Shown: positions 37,915 to 46,285 of the stretch, piece after piece
Numbering within the stretch: the stretch's first letter is position 1
Layout: the number at the start of each line of letters is the position of its first letter
IMG/VR virus record: IMGVR_UViG_3300031418_000007
Source of the DNA: a virus
Taxonomy: Duplodnaviria; Caudoviricetes
Length of the DNA: 64,000 bases
Reading direction: 5' to 3' (one strand)
Made by a program: the position numbers and the translations under genes
The notes under the pieces: generated by a model
Databases searched by the model: none
The model's input: the letters and a program-made list of their open reading frames with translations, nothing else
What the model was told of the DNA's origin: nothing

Positions 37915-38715
37915 ATGAATTATAATTTCGTATCCCATGTTAAAAACCCTGTTACCCTTCATGTAGCAGGCGTTGAAGAACTGGGTTTTGGCGAGTCGCT
38001 TAATCTCTTTTTTAAAGAGTTCTTTACGGAAACGGACCGTAAGCTCGCACAGTTTAAGTCAAGTTTACATACTATTAAGTGGCAGCCTGTTGAGCGTACG
38101 CTGAGCCAAAACAATGTGCTCTTCATTAATAACGCCAATAAGCGTATTCCTGTCCCGACCTACTTCAACGGTGGCGAAGGTGAAATGGCATACTACGTCG
38201 ATAATATTGTCGCGGCTGTCATTGTGGTAGAAGGTTTCAAAACTGAGATCCAGCGTTTCTACGATTGGATGAAGAAGATCGTAAAACTGGGTCGCATCGA
38301 AAGCACCTATAAATGGACTGTTACTGGTTACGATTCACATGTCGGTAAAGTCAGTGCATTTATCAAAGAGCTGGAAGAAGGTCCTAAGTCTGCCAAACTC
38401 GGTGAGGTCTATGTAAACTACGCCGAAGCCTTTGGTTTAATGAACCGCTTCAACCAGGCCTGTGAAGGTGTGGGTTCACGTGACGCAGAGGTCATGGCGC
38501 GTGATCTCCGAAACGTCTACGACGTTGGTAACCTGTTGGTTAGCAAGATCAAGAACGGCGACATCATCGTTGACGCTTATGTGATCAAAGGCGTGCAAGA
38601 GAAAGTCAGTCAGTTTAATGAACTGACCTCTATTGTAGGTGGTTGCCTGGGCCTGATGAACGAACTGTCCGTTGTCTTCGATTCTCAGCTGGAAGAGTTC
38701 AAGAAGTTCAAGTAA
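37915..38715 (+). CDS. Virion head protein (phiKZ gp153-like)
   Basis: 266 aa; N-terminal AGVE/GFGE are candidate protease sites; divergent from uvsX as in phiKZ. Confidence 0.65.
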   Translation: MNYNFVSHVKNPVTLHVAGVEELGFGESLNLFFKEFFTETDRKLAQFKSSLHTIKWQPVERTLSQNNVLFINNANKRIPVPTYFNGGEGEMAYYVDNIVAAVIVVEGFKTEIQRFYDWMKKIVKLGRIESTYKWTVTGYDSHVGKVSAFIKELEEGPKSAKLGEVYVNYAEAFGLMNRFNQACEGVGSRDAEVMARDLRNVYDVGNLLVSKIKNGDIIVDAYVIKGVQEKVSQFNELTSIVGGCLGLMNELSVVFDSQLEEFKKFK

Positions 38716-38734
38716 CAAAAAAAAAATAAAGAAC

Positions 38735-38766
38735 TATAACTCCTACCCTTCCGGGTAGGAGTTATA
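38735..38766. terminator. Conserved convergent-junction hairpin
   Basis: TATAACTCCTACCC-TTCC-GGGTAGGAGTTATA, with an A-run upstream. Confidence 0.8.
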
Positions 38767-38770
38767 CAGA

Positions 38771-39043
38771 TCACGACCTCGGCAAGTTCTCTTTGATCCA
38801 TTTAGCAGTAGCTTCTCGGTATTTAATCTCAGCTGCTACCAACGCAATCTCATCCTGAATCGAAGTAAGTCGAGACATAACCAGAATCTTCTTTTCCTCT
38901 GGAAGTACATCACTGGTGTCCGCCCAACGTAGATCGAGTTCAACGGCAGCGAGATCTCTTTTCAACCTTTCGAGTTTGTCAGAGAAAGCTTGCTTGATAA
39001 CGTTGACACGGGCGTAACGTTCTAACTCATCAATACGCGACAT
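38771..39043 (-). CDS. Small coiled-coil hypothetical protein
   Basis: 90 aa; coupled to the upstream gene. Confidence 0.7.
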   Translation of the reverse strand: MSRIDELERYARVNVIKQAFSDKLERLKRDLAAVELDLRWADTSDVLPEEKKILVMSRLTSIQDEIALVAAEIKYREATAKWIKENLPRS

Positions 39044-39684
39044 TAATAAAGTCCTCCGCTATGACGTGTCATCCCCCGCCATGCCAGAGGGCGTTTCTTC
39101 CCTTCATTCGCCCATTGAGAAATTCCAGGGATAGGTTCGTGACCAACACCAAAGCAGCCTGGGCTATCCTGTTCCATTTGACTCAGCACCTCTTTAGGAA
39201 CCTTAACCTCATCATAGGTGAACTTCCGGTACATCGTCTCAAAAGCAACCACGTCACCGGAGAAAAGATGAGCCTCAATGATCTCGTCAAAGTTGTAAGT
39301 GTGATTCCTGCCATACTGCGCGAGTTCTTCAGCTTGCCACACGGACACCATCCGTCCATGAATAAAGTGAAATGCGGGCATATCTTTTCTTAGCTGTAAC
39401 GAACTCTTGTACTTCCTGACCCGATCGACTGTATTGAAATCAATCGGGTAAATGACGTTCCCTGTTTGTGCCTTGTACTGGGGGTCTTGTACCAGCTCTT
39501 TACACTGCTCACGCAAGCGAAAGTCGGACACACCAAAATATGGAGAATACCAATGATAAAAATCTTCCATATTCATATCCTTACGACCAGCCTTAATCTT
39601 GGCTCTTTCATTAAGCAGGTACTGCGTAACAAAAGAATAAGCATAACTTTTACGAACATTGGTCCCGAAAAGATGTTTGTACAT
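39043..39684 (-). CDS. Hypothetical protein (early-type)
   Basis: 213 aa; AGGAG RBS and a TATATTAC motif upstream. Confidence 0.75.
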   Translation of the reverse strand: MYKHLFGTNVRKSYAYSFVTQYLLNERAKIKAGRKDMNMEDFYHWYSPYFGVSDFRLREQCKELVQDPQYKAQTGNVIYPIDFNTVDRVRKYKSSLQLRKDMPAFHFIHGRMVSVWQAEELAQYGRNHTYNFDEIIEAHLFSGDVVAFETMYRKFTYDEVKVPKEVLSQMEQDSPGCFGVGHEPIPGISQWANEGKKRPLAWRGMTRHSGGLY

Positions 39685-39732
39685 AACGAACTCCTAGACT
39701 AACTGATTAATTAAATTAACTTATCTACCCAG

Positions 39733-39740
39733 GTAATATA
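39733..39740 (-). promoter_or_regulatory. Early promoter core TATATTAC
   Basis: Minus strand reads gacc-TATATTAC-ctgggtag. Confidence 0.75.
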
Positions 39741-39766
39741 GGTCCAAGAAAAAATAAACTATAATA

Positions 39767-39796
39767 AAACACAAGGAGCCGAAGCTCCCTGTGTTT
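39767..39796 (-). terminator. Intrinsic terminator
   Basis: AAACACAAGGAGC-CGAA-GCTCCCTGTGTTT. Confidence 0.7.
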
Positions 39797-39800
39797 TTAA

Positions 39801-40022
39801 TTATGAACGAGTAATGCTAACACAGCTAATTGAATTGCCCTGGACGGACAATCCTTGTTCAACAACGCCAGGATCGTCGTTATCGTTCAGAAAGTCCAGC
39901 CACATATTAACCCAGTTATGCATTGATCTCTCGCTTAACCCAGAAATGCCACAGGGTTTGTCAAGGACAACGAACTGAGGAACGTCAACAGGTTTGGGAG
40001 GAATTCTTACCATTGCCTTCAT
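39801..40022 (-). CDS. Small hypothetical protein
   Basis: 73 aa; AAGGA RBS; ends at the terminator. Confidence 0.55.
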   Translation of the reverse strand: MKAMVRIPPKPVDVPQFVVLDKPCGISGLSERSMHNWVNMWLDFLNDNDDPGVVEQGLSVQGNSISCVSITRS

Positions 40023-40248
40023 CCTTATCAGCGTGATAGAAGTGACTGAAGAATTCGATCATTCCCGTAAAAGGCGAATCACCATCGCGGAAACTTGGGA
40101 TGGAGAAGAACTCTTCGGGAGGAAGAACAAATCCAATCACGGAAGCCAACGATACAATGTGTTCTGCCTGACCAGCAAGTTCAGAGTACATGTTTCCCAG
40201 TGACATGTTCAATGGTTTATGTTTAAGCAACAACGGACCACTAATCAT
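39985..40248 (-). CDS. Small hypothetical protein
   Basis: 87 aa; ATGA overlap with the RNase H-like gene. Confidence 0.55.
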   Translation of the reverse strand: MISGPLLLKHKPLNMSLGNMYSELAGQAEHIVSLASVIGFVLPPEEFFSIPSFRDGDSPFTGMIEFFSHFYHADKDEGNGKNSSQTC

Positions 40249-41774
40249 TTCTTCACCTCTTTGTTCTTAGGCGGCTCTCTGCCCAGTTCTTTGAGATTCA
40301 GTACACGCAGGTTTGCTACAGCTGACATCTGGATATACACCCATTCGCCCGCATCTACCACGCAGAAGTAACGCACACCGTTTGGATTAGATACGTCGTA
40401 ACCCAACCACACCTTGACATCTTCATCGGTACAGCTGTTGAAGTTGTTACGGTCAGGCATGTCATAACCAACTGATAAAATCAGTGGAACAGGCTTAACC
40501 GCTTTCGGGTGTTCGACATTCACGATAAACGTCGAGGTGTTCTGCTTGAACTCGGGATCCAGCTTACGTTTGATTGCACCCTTCTTGTTCTCCTCATCTT
40601 GGTAAACCAGATGGGTGATGTCCTTGAAGTGTGTGTGACCAGACGCGTTGTTGGCATCACGTCGCATAAACAGATCAAACAGGTGATGAACCTTTTCGAT
40701 GTTGTTACGGACCTGATAGCTCATTACCGGCGGATCAATCAACTCAACCAGTGTGGGTTCTTCTTTCCCTGCTGACTCAAACGGAATGTTAACGTTCTTG
40801 CCATCACGAATACCCGGATACGTATCCACAATACGCGCAACATCTTTCGACGTAACGTTACTGAGAATGCCAGCCGATAAATACTCGTTGGGATTCGGAA
40901 CCAGATCACGAGAATAGTTAAAGATCTTGTCCAGTAGCTGAATCGGGGTTTTACAGTACAGGTTGCCAAAGGTGACATCCGGCGTTAACTTTCCGTAGTA
41001 TTTTTTATCCGGTTCAACTTGTCCAAAGTTGTACGCTCGATAACCGTGGTAGTCATCGTAGAAGTTTGTTCCGGCACCGGTGTTGAAGTACCAGCGACCC
41101 GCACAAACAATCTTGTTAAAATCAGTTTCAGGCGATTCATACTCTTTCTTACTCATTACTTCAAAGAAAACCCGTTTCTTGCCACCTGGAACGGTTTCGA
41201 TCTTACCCAGCCCAGATTGCTTGCTCGCCAGCTTCATGCCTGGTCCGCCTTCAACCGCAGAGTCGGTATTAAAGATAACCTTGTTCCCTTTGGCTAACCA
41301 TTCAGCATAACCAGCCTGGATGGATTTAAGTTCTGACACTTCTCCCGGGGACAGCTCGTGTTTTGCAAATACCCACTTGTTTTCTTCGATCTTCTTCATA
41401 TCTGCTTTGACCAGTCGTTCCACGATGGCCAACTTGGAGATAATGCAGATGTTCTTGTAAACATCCTTATTCTCGTCCTTTAACAGATACTGGAACAATT
41501 CCTTTAACAACGCCAGTGCCGGTTCAACTACGCTCTTCCCATTGCTTACCGTGCCCAGAAGGTAATCTTCAATTGCCACCACGCCGCCTGCGCTACGCGT
41601 GTTGCCAGTATAGTAACCTGTGGTAGTTGGCGTCCCTTTTTGGAGTTTCTTCTTGCCTTCTTTGTCCATCAGATAAGTATAACCGTGCACACCCGCAATA
41701 TAACGTGGCGAACGGTTAATCATTAACTCATCGATTAACAAATAAAGAACGATGTTTTTCATGTTCTCAGTCAT
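40245..41774 (-). CDS. RNase H-family protein (phiKZ gp155-like), catalytic residues appear degenerate
   Basis: 509 aa; family-typical GVHGYTY, TPTTTGY, RWYFNT and YGKLTPD; position near uvsX. Confidence 0.7.
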   Translation of the reverse strand: MTENMKNIVLYLLIDELMINRSPRYIAGVHGYTYLMDKEGKKKLQKGTPTTTGYYTGNTRSAGGVVAIEDYLLGTVSNGKSVVEPALALLKELFQYLLKDENKDVYKNICIISKLAIVERLVKADMKKIEENKWVFAKHELSPGEVSELKSIQAGYAEWLAKGNKVIFNTDSAVEGGPGMKLASKQSGLGKIETVPGGKKRVFFEVMSKKEYESPETDFNKIVCAGRWYFNTGAGTNFYDDYHGYRAYNFGQVEPDKKYYGKLTPDVTFGNLYCKTPIQLLDKIFNYSRDLVPNPNEYLSAGILSNVTSKDVARIVDTYPGIRDGKNVNIPFESAGKEEPTLVELIDPPVMSYQVRNNIEKVHHLFDLFMRRDANNASGHTHFKDITHLVYQDEENKKGAIKRKLDPEFKQNTSTFIVNVEHPKAVKPVPLILSVGYDMPDRNNFNSCTDEDVKVWLGYDVSNPNGVRYFCVVDAGEWVYIQMSAVANLRVLNLKELGREPPKNKEVKK

Positions 41775-41835
41775 GGGTTATATAACCTTACTATAGGAGG
41801 GACATTACATCCCTCGTATAGTTAATTTTAAAAAA

Positions 41836-42243
41836 TCAATGTGACACAGGTTTTGCCTGAGGATTACGACACAAAAAGAGATCTGATTGAAGCTTGTTGT
41901 TCTCTGAATAGAGATCATCAAGTTTATCCACCAATTCCCGGTTCGTACCACGCAACTCAGATGATGTTTTCTCTAAAGCCCCCAGACGATCATTGACCTG
42001 GAAAAAGACATCACTGTGTTTAAGGTAGCTAACGTTCAGCTCCGTGTAGTCCTGCTTTAAAACCGAATAGTCCATATACTGCATCACGGCCTGAAAACAG
42101 ATAACAAACACTACCACCATTAAAAGTATAACCATTCCACAAGCGTGGCGGGCGACATCTAATATGGCAGTTTCACGTTCATCATAGTTTTTGGCCACCG
42201 ATTCTATGAACCTGTCAAATAGCTCGACCCAACCCTTGAGCAT
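41836..42243 (-). CDS. Type II membrane protein with periplasmic coiled coil (i-spanin-like topology)
   Basis: Start moved to ATG 42243 after an AGAGGGG RBS. TM segment GMVILLMVVVFVICF, then heptads and a C-terminal Cys. Confidence 0.6.
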   Translation of the reverse strand: MLKGWVELFDRFIESVAKNYDERETAILDVARHACGMVILLMVVVFVICFQAVMQYMDYSVLKQDYTELNVSYLKHSDVFFQVNDRLGALEKTSSELRGTNRELVDKLDDLYSENNKLQSDLFLCRNPQAKPVSH

Positions 42244-42275
42244 ATGATTTCCCCCTCTTTTGTAAGGCCCAAACA

Positions 42276-43613
42276 ATGACAACAACGTATCTTTCTTTTG
42301 CTGAAATAGCAAAGTTGCACAACAGTAAGGCGGTGTCACCCATCGGTGAATTGTCGGTACGTGCCCGCACCTTCGAGGTCGACCCTGATGTGTTTTCTTT
42401 GGATGCTTCAACTGAAGTTGTCTTGTACAACTTTGCTGCGATTAAAGACAACACCCCAACAACACTACCTAAAGACCTCGCCACTCGACAATTGAATATC
42501 GCCGATTGGTTATATCAGCAGGCACTTAACGGTAACCTGACACAGAGCCGCGCAGATTGCATGGCCTTGCTTAAGGCAACCTTTACGTCAGGGATTGAAT
42601 TCACCGCAGTAGGGGACATGGTAACCAATGGCAGCATTTGGTTACCGAGTGTGGTAAAGGGCAACCACCTTGTTACGGCAAGTGGTAGTACCCAAACAGA
42701 TTCCCAATCCTTTGTGCTCTGGTTTGCGGATGCCTATTTCCAGGACCAGTATCCTACCGCGACATACATGATCGTTCATCCTGTACCGATAACCGAAATC
42801 GATTCATTGTACACCATGAACTTCCAGCAGTTGCAAGCGCGTCTCGACTTAGAGACACCAGATGTAATTGCGGAGCGCGAGCACGAGATCGCTGATAACT
42901 CCCCATATACACTGCGTAGCGTATCAGGGTTCAACGTCTATGATTTGATTAACGTCCCGAGCTTTGTAAAAGCTTATTGGCGTATTCTAACTCGCGGCAA
43001 CTACGTCGAGGACTCGGTCCTGGAGCAGATCCGTAAAGAGATCCTGGCTAACTCCAAATACACCGAAGAGCAATGGGGAGAAAAAATTCCTGATTTGTTT
43101 AACCCTAACGAGTTCTACGGCATCATCCGTTTCGATCGTTTAGGTTTGTTAAATAAAACCAATAATACTTCCACGCTGTCACCGATTGTCGACCATGAAA
43201 CAGAATTTAAATTTGTGGATGTCTATTTGACACCTAATATGTCAACTGATCATGTCATAAAATCGACGCAGAGCATTCCTTCGCTGTATAAGTCACTACA
43301 ATACAGCATGACAGCTAAAGTAAACAACCGTGATGGCTTCCAAAAAATGTCTGATATCCTTACCGATTATCAGCTCATTGACAGCAAAGATCCAGACTTC
43401 GGTTTGATCTCTGCGGATACCCGTAAGTACCTGTTGGAGATTGAAAACTTGTTAGCTGCTGCTGAAGTCGTAACAGAATTCTCTCTGCCGCCACAGGGTA
43501 TCACAACGGTGCGTCGCTTTGGTAAGCTCTGGGTGACGAAGAAAGTTAACCAGATCAAATACATGCTCTTGACCCGTTACCAGATGGTGCAAGATAAGCA
43601 GATCGATAAATAA
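42276..43613 (+). CDS. Virion structural protein (conserved phiKZ-like)
   Basis: 445 aa, paired with a 214-aa gene as in SPN3US-like phages. Confidence 0.6.
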   Translation: MTTTYLSFAEIAKLHNSKAVSPIGELSVRARTFEVDPDVFSLDASTEVVLYNFAAIKDNTPTTLPKDLATRQLNIADWLYQQALNGNLTQSRADCMALLKATFTSGIEFTAVGDMVTNGSIWLPSVVKGNHLVTASGSTQTDSQSFVLWFADAYFQDQYPTATYMIVHPVPITEIDSLYTMNFQQLQARLDLETPDVIAEREHEIADNSPYTLRSVSGFNVYDLINVPSFVKAYWRILTRGNYVEDSVLEQIRKEILANSKYTEEQWGEKIPDLFNPNEFYGIIRFDRLGLLNKTNNTSTLSPIVDHETEFKFVDVYLTPNMSTDHVIKSTQSIPSLYKSLQYSMTAKVNNRDGFQKMSDILTDYQLIDSKDPDFGLISADTRKYLLEIENLLAAAEVVTEFSLPPQGITTVRRFGKLWVTKKVNQIKYMLLTRYQMVQDKQIDK

Positions 43614-43625
43614 AGGTAGCGTGTA

Positions 43626-44270
43626 ATGTCAGACAACAGCATTATCCCCAGTTATTATGCTGCGGGAAGCTACACGGCCAACAACCCGTTCGACCAGGTA
43701 GTTGACCCAACCAAGTATTACAAGGTTGAAGGTATCCGTTCTGTTAATGAAATGCAGGGTGAAAACCTAGATCTGTATAAACTGATCTTTGCACCCGCAG
43801 GCGTAGCAGCCACGGATTACCAAACCATCCTGGATGATGTGACTCGTCAAAGCGGTGCGATCTTGGTTTTGATTGCATCAGACGGTTCTCGTGTATATGT
43901 TCCAACTACCCATCTGAAAAGCTTCCCGCTGATCGACGGTGTTAGTTACGAACGGCTGTGTTTGATTGTTGACTTGGGCGCAGTTCCTCCGTCATTAAAA
44001 GATACCGTGGGCGACATCAATACCCACATCTCTAATTATGTCCAAGCGCATCTGGGAATCAAAGTAGATGTTCAGATCGGCACCATGCCAACGATTGGTT
44101 ATGTTAGTGCAGCTCAGAACACCATCAATGAAACCACGCGTCAGAACAAAATTACAGATACGTCAAATGACGTAGTGTTGGCTGCGCAGCAGGAACAAAC
44201 CATTGCCAAACAAGCGGCGTACATCGTTCAACTTGAAACAGCACTGAAAGCAGCACAAGCAAACAAGTAA
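43626..44270 (+). CDS. Virion structural protein
   Basis: 214 aa with a C-terminal coiled coil; follows the 445-aa gene. Confidence 0.6.
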   Translation: MSDNSIIPSYYAAGSYTANNPFDQVVDPTKYYKVEGIRSVNEMQGENLDLYKLIFAPAGVAATDYQTILDDVTRQSGAILVLIASDGSRVYVPTTHLKSFPLIDGVSYERLCLIVDLGAVPPSLKDTVGDINTHISNYVQAHLGIKVDVQIGTMPTIGYVSAAQNTINETTRQNKITDTSNDVVLAAQQEQTIAKQAAYIVQLETALKAAQANK

Positions 44271-44279
44271 TAAAGAAAG

Positions 44280-44311
44280 TAATACTCCTACCCAAGCGGG
44301 TAGGAGTATTA
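44280..44311. terminator. Conserved convergent-junction hairpin
   Basis: TAATACTCCTACCC-AAGC-GGGTAGGAGTATTA; arms are identical to 59244..59275. Confidence 0.8.
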
Positions 44312-44851
44312 TTATTTGTTGGTCAAGATATAATCAATTACTTCAGATGGAACACGCAGTACAGCTTCAGCAGAATCAATCAGTTCTACATCAACCAGTT
44401 TTTGAGCGTTCATAGCGTGAGGATCAGCCCAGGTGGTGTGAGTGATACCGAACAGTTCAACCATTTTCGCCGGGAACTGCATGCCGGGGTATTTAGCGGT
44501 AAGCAGGTACGGAAGCCATACCCCCTCATAAAGCAGGAAGCAAACAACTTCTTTACCTTCTTGCTCTTCAGAGAAAATAGGCGTCAACATTTTCTTACCG
44601 TTCAGACTACCAGTAAGTGCCCAATCCTTGAGAGATTTCGGTAACGAGTGGAAGTCTGATGGCGATTCAAAGTTAAACGGTTCGTACTTTTCAATGTTGC
44701 GCTGGTGAATGAACGAAACCGCCGCCTCTTTAGCTGGCTCATCACCGATCGCTAGTGCTTCAACAAAGAGTTGGTAAAGTGCGCCGCGCATGCCGATTAA
44801 AGAAAAAACGTGATCTTTCGTGGTCTTTGTAGTTCTTTTTGCAAGTGGCAT
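44312..44851 (-). CDS. Hypothetical protein
   Basis: 179 aa; AGGAG RBS. Confidence 0.75.
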   Translation of the reverse strand: MPLAKRTTKTTKDHVFSLIGMRGALYQLFVEALAIGDEPAKEAAVSFIHQRNIEKYEPFNFESPSDFHSLPKSLKDWALTGSLNGKKMLTPIFSEEQEGKEVVCFLLYEGVWLPYLLTAKYPGMQFPAKMVELFGITHTTWADPHAMNAQKLVDVELIDSAEAVLRVPSEVIDYILTNK

Positions 44852-44871
44852 AATAAACTCCTGAATAAACC

Positions 44872-44887
44872 GAGGGTGTTACCCCTC
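44872..44887 (-). terminator. Short hairpin GAGGG-TGTTAC-CCCTC
   Basis: Same 16-mer as the core of 32378..32405. Confidence 0.4.
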
Positions 44888-44910
44888 AGCTTATATTAGT
44901 GATTGATTGA

Positions 44911-46161
44911 TTAGAAACGTTCGGTACGGATTTCGCCAACTTTATGCTCAGCGATTTCTTCCGGATCAGTGATCACGCGCTTGGTGCTAAACGGACGCAG
45001 CAGCGTATGGCCTGAGGTCAGCAGAGCCTGGTACATGATACCAACGAATTCCTGACGGTACTTCTCGTGCAGTGAAGGAGAGAAATCCTTCAGCAGAGTC
45101 GGCTCGTCTGCGTTGGTATAGTCGTAGGCTTTCCAGGAGTTCAGGTCCAGACCCGGCACACCTGACAGTTCGATGACTTCTTTCAGCAACGCTTCGTTGG
45201 CCGATGCCACTTCACCTTCTACCGCTTCACGCTCGATAGAGTAAACCAGCTCAGACGACTTCATGACGTTTGGCCATGCACCGTCGAACAGACGCTTGAT
45301 GGTGAATGCACGCAGTTCGTGATCATCTTCTTTGATTTCGAAGTGTTGATCCACAAAGGTGTTGAAGCCATTGAATGCAGTGTTCAGGCGCAGCAGGGCA
45401 GTACGAGACTGTTCGCTGGTAAAGGTATCTTCCCAGTCTGCTACAACCAGCGCTTTAGGAACCAGATCGAAATCGGTATCTTCACCGGTGAGCTTCCAGC
45501 TGAAGCGATTCAGAGACGGATGCACTTTGCGGCTAGCGAAATCAATGAAGTTCGCGTAGTGCAGAATGTGATCGCGCTTGATCGTTTTGTCGTGATGCAG
45601 AACCATCAGGTTACGCTTCACCAGATGGAACGCTTCACCCAGCAGTTGTCCGGCACGTTCGAAACGGGTTTCCAGCGCTTCGAGATCACCGTTGGTGAAA
45701 GATTCAGAACCGGAGAATTTGGTTTCCGCCAACAGTACGCTTACCGGCCAATCCAGACCCAGATCCTGCATCACAGTTTGTTGTGCGTAGAACTGGTTGT
45801 TTGGCAGCTTGTCGATGAACAATTGCTCACGCGGATCTTCTTCGCCTTTCTTGAACTCATACCCCAGTTGGTCTGGCGCATAAGCCATACGCTTCAGCAG
45901 GGAGATCACGCTTTCCCAATGTTTAGCCGGCACGCGGTACGTGTGGTAGTTCTGGTCGTCCATGACGTAGTTGATGTCATAAGACGGAAGACGGTCAACG
46001 GTTTTCATCGCCTGTTTCTGTGGGATGGCAACCTGCTGCTTGATGAAGGAATCGGTAACGATTACGTCCATCAGTTTACGCTCGTCGCCAGTACCGATGC
46101 AACGCATAAAGAAATCGTGCAGGATGGTAATGGTAGACTGTGGGATGGCAGCTTGAGACAT
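44911..46161 (-). CDS. Hypothetical protein, probably highly expressed
   Basis: 416 aa; strong codon bias that produces a long antisense shadow ORF. Confidence 0.85.
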   Translation of the reverse strand: MSQAAIPQSTITILHDFFMRCIGTGDERKLMDVIVTDSFIKQQVAIPQKQAMKTVDRLPSYDINYVMDDQNYHTYRVPAKHWESVISLLKRMAYAPDQLGYEFKKGEEDPREQLFIDKLPNNQFYAQQTVMQDLGLDWPVSVLLAETKFSGSESFTNGDLEALETRFERAGQLLGEAFHLVKRNLMVLHHDKTIKRDHILHYANFIDFASRKVHPSLNRFSWKLTGEDTDFDLVPKALVVADWEDTFTSEQSRTALLRLNTAFNGFNTFVDQHFEIKEDDHELRAFTIKRLFDGAWPNVMKSSELVYSIEREAVEGEVASANEALLKEVIELSGVPGLDLNSWKAYDYTNADEPTLLKDFSPSLHEKYRQEFVGIMYQALLTSGHTLLRPFSTKRVITDPEEIAEHKVGEIRTERF

Positions 46162-46250
46162 GTAATTATCCTTTTTGGATTATAGTAAAAAAGCGTCAAG
46201 TAAACAATAAGTTATTGACATAGTGAAAAAGTATTTAAGTATCTACCTAA

Positions 46251-46258
46251 ATCATATA
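46251..46258 (-). promoter_or_regulatory. Early promoter variant TATATGAT
   Basis: Minus strand reads aacc-TATATGAT-ttaggtag; the flanks match the motif family. Confidence 0.5.
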
Positions 46259-46285
46259 GGTTTGAAATATTAACAGGACGAGGAT

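Noticed and set aside
46196-46243. TTGACA (46215, +) and TTGACG...TATAAT (minus) as sigma70 promoters
   Set aside because: The plus copy lacks a -10 at 16-18 nt, and the minus copy has only 9 nt between the hexamers.
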